Origin: Gemmatimonadales bacterium
GTDB taxonomy: Bacteria; Gemmatimonadota; Gemmatimonadetes; Gemmatimonadales; GWC2-71-9
Direction: 5' to 3'
Length of the DNA stretch: 64,000 nucleotides
Assembly: GCA_035488835.1 (NCBI GenBank)
Contig: DATHKX010000037.1
Coordinates: 1,602 to 65,601, forward strand
Part shown: piece after piece, positions 62,845 to 64,000 of the stretch
Position numbering within the stretch: position 1 is the first letter of the stretch
How the letters are laid out: every line of letters begins with the position of its first letter
Program-made: the position numbers and the translations under genes
The notes under the pieces: model-generated
Databases searched by the model: none
Told to the model about the DNA's origin: nothing
Seen by the model: the letters and a program-made list of their open reading frames with translations, nothing else

Positions 62845-63971
62845 GCGCCTGCGAGCTTCAGCACGTCGTTCAGGATGCCGCCCGCCGTCACCGCCGGCCC
62901 CGCGCCGGGCCCGGTGATCACCAGCGGGTTCTTCTTGTAGCGCATGGTCGTGAAGATAAACTGGTTGTCCGTGCCGTTGAGCGAGGCCATCGGACTCGAC
63001 GCTTCGACCACTACGAGGCCGACGCGGATGCTGCGTCGCGTCACGATCGCGCGGTAGCGCAGCACCCCGCCGCGCGCCCGCGCCGCGGCGACGCGCTTCG
63101 CCCACGCTGCGTCGAACTGCGCGAGCGACCCGAGGAACCGGTCGAGTTTGAGCCGCTCGGCGCCGTCGGGGACCAGCGACTCGACCGCGATGTCTTCGAG
63201 CTCGCCCGAAAAGCCGAGCAATCGCCCGAGGATCAGCGCCTTGCGCGCCACATCCATGCCGGACAGGTCCTCGCGGGGGTCGGGCTCGGGATAGCCCTTC
63301 GCGATCGCGCCCTCCAACGCCTGCGAGAACGTGGCGCCGCGCCCCAGCTCCCCGAACAGATAGCCGAGCGTGCCCGACGGGCACCCCTCGATCTTCGAGA
63401 CCCGGTCACCCGATTCCACGAGCTTCTGGTAGGTATCGATGATCGGGAGGCCGGCGCCCACGGTCGCCTCGAGCAGCAGGCGGCGGCCGTGCGCCTGGGC
63501 GGCGGCCCGGAGCGCGTCGTACTTCCGCTTGTCGGTGGTGACCGGGCGCTTGTTGGCGAGCACCACGTGCATCCCCGCGCCGAGCGCGGTCGTGAGCGTG
63601 TCGGTCGTCTCGTCGGCCGTTAGGTCCACCAGGATCGGGTTGGTGAGGGCATGGCGGGCCACGAACGCGACGGCTTCGGCGGCGCTGGCCCGCCGGCCGC
63701 CCGCCGCCTTGGCGAGCGGCGCGCCCTTGGCTTTGGCCGCCCCCAGCGCCGCGAGTCGCCGCGGAGAGAAGCCGTCCGCGTCGAACACGAGACCGCTCCG
63801 GTCGATCAGTGCCACGATGCGGAGCGTGAGCGCGTCCCGCTTCACCTTCGCGATCATGGGGGCGAGTGCCCGCCCGATCTGCCCGAAGCCCAACAGCACG
63901 ACATCGCTGCGCTCGGGGTGCGCCACCGCGCCGCCGCCGATCTTCGAGAGCTGAAACGCTGCGTGCACCAC
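62841..63971 (-). CDS. hom: Homoserine dehydrogenase (the frame stays open to the window edge)
   Basis: Motifs are VVLLGFGQIGRAL (NAD-binding GxGxxG), ATVGAGLPII, and a C-terminal ACT-like tail. GTG 63971 is the track start. There is no in-frame stop between 63972 and 64000, so a longer protein (for example an aspartokinase fusion) cannot be excluded. Confidence 0.85.
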   Translation of the reverse strand: MVHAAFQLSKIGGGAVAHPERSDVVLLGFGQIGRALAPMIAKVKRDALTLRIVALIDRSGLVFDADGFSPRRLAALGAAKAKGAPLAKAAGGRRASAAEAVAFVARHALTNPILVDLTADETTDTLTTALGAGMHVVLANKRPVTTDKRKYDALRAAAQAHGRRLLLEATVGAGLPIIDTYQKLVESGDRVSKIEGCPSGTLGYLFGELGRGATFSQALEGAIAKGYPEPDPREDLSGMDVARKALILGRLLGFSGELEDIAVESLVPDGAERLKLDRFLGSLAQFDAAWAKRVAAARARGGVLRYRAIVTRRSIRVGLVVVEASSPMASLNGTDNQFIFTTMRYKKNPLVITGPGAGPAVTAGGILNDVLKLAGA

Positions 63972-64000
63972 GCGCTGAGCGCGCGGCGCTTCCTTGCCGT

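Overview
This is a 64-kb piece of a very GC-rich (roughly 70% by eye) bacterial chromosome. It is densely packed and mostly co-directional, and many neighbouring genes share ATGA/GTGA start-stop overlaps. I had no search tools, so every call rests on reading the supplied translations and the DNA by hand.

Most of the window is recognisable housekeeping:
- a Bat-type VWA/TPR string
- mutL-miaA
- bshA, two UbiA prenyltransferases, uppP, birA and coaX
- groES-groEL behind a perfect CIRCE operator
- serS, pcrA/uvrD and gatCAB
- murA and pgeF
- rimP-nusA-L7Ae-infB-DUF503-rbfA-truB-ribF
- secDF, tatD, fhs and ridA
- thrC and hom

The gene content (Bat genes, a GlmU-like alternative sugar nucleotidyltransferase, bshA) suggests an FCB-group or Gemmatimonadota-like organism. 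That placement is inference only.

I saw no CRISPR array, rRNA, transposase, integrase or prophage genes. About 20 long ORFs in the track are antisense shadows of real genes, which is typical of high-GC DNA.

The items most worth a second look are:
1. A tRNA-Sec gene (anticodon UCA, 6-bp D-stem, long variable arm) hidden under a spurious ORF at 58465-58558.
2. A minus-strand operon coupling a Roadblock/LC7 protein and a receiver domain to two sugar-nucleotide enzymes and a Ser/Thr kinase (20830-25701).
3. The only AT-rich island in the window (about 22% GC). It carries a promoter and two palindromes in front of a zinc-ribbon-less DUF2089-like HTH gene, which overlaps a gene for a membrane protein with an extracytoplasmic domain (34296-35516).
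4. A JAMM-motif-degenerate MPN-like membrane protein coupled to a Big_1 Ig-like protein (55175-57957).
5. A secreted protein whose HH...HxH...M spacing recalls PHM/DBH copper monooxygenases, with a Met/His tail (60057-61118).
6. Several non-coding or intragenic repeat structures: the AGACGCA heptamer array around the groEL terminator, G-rich inverted repeats inside mutL and miaA with a third copy in truB, and a 10-bp periodic repeat before coaX.
7. An intrinsic terminator whose T8 tract abuts the rimP start codon.

None of these can be called novel without database searches. Each finding states what would confirm or refute it.
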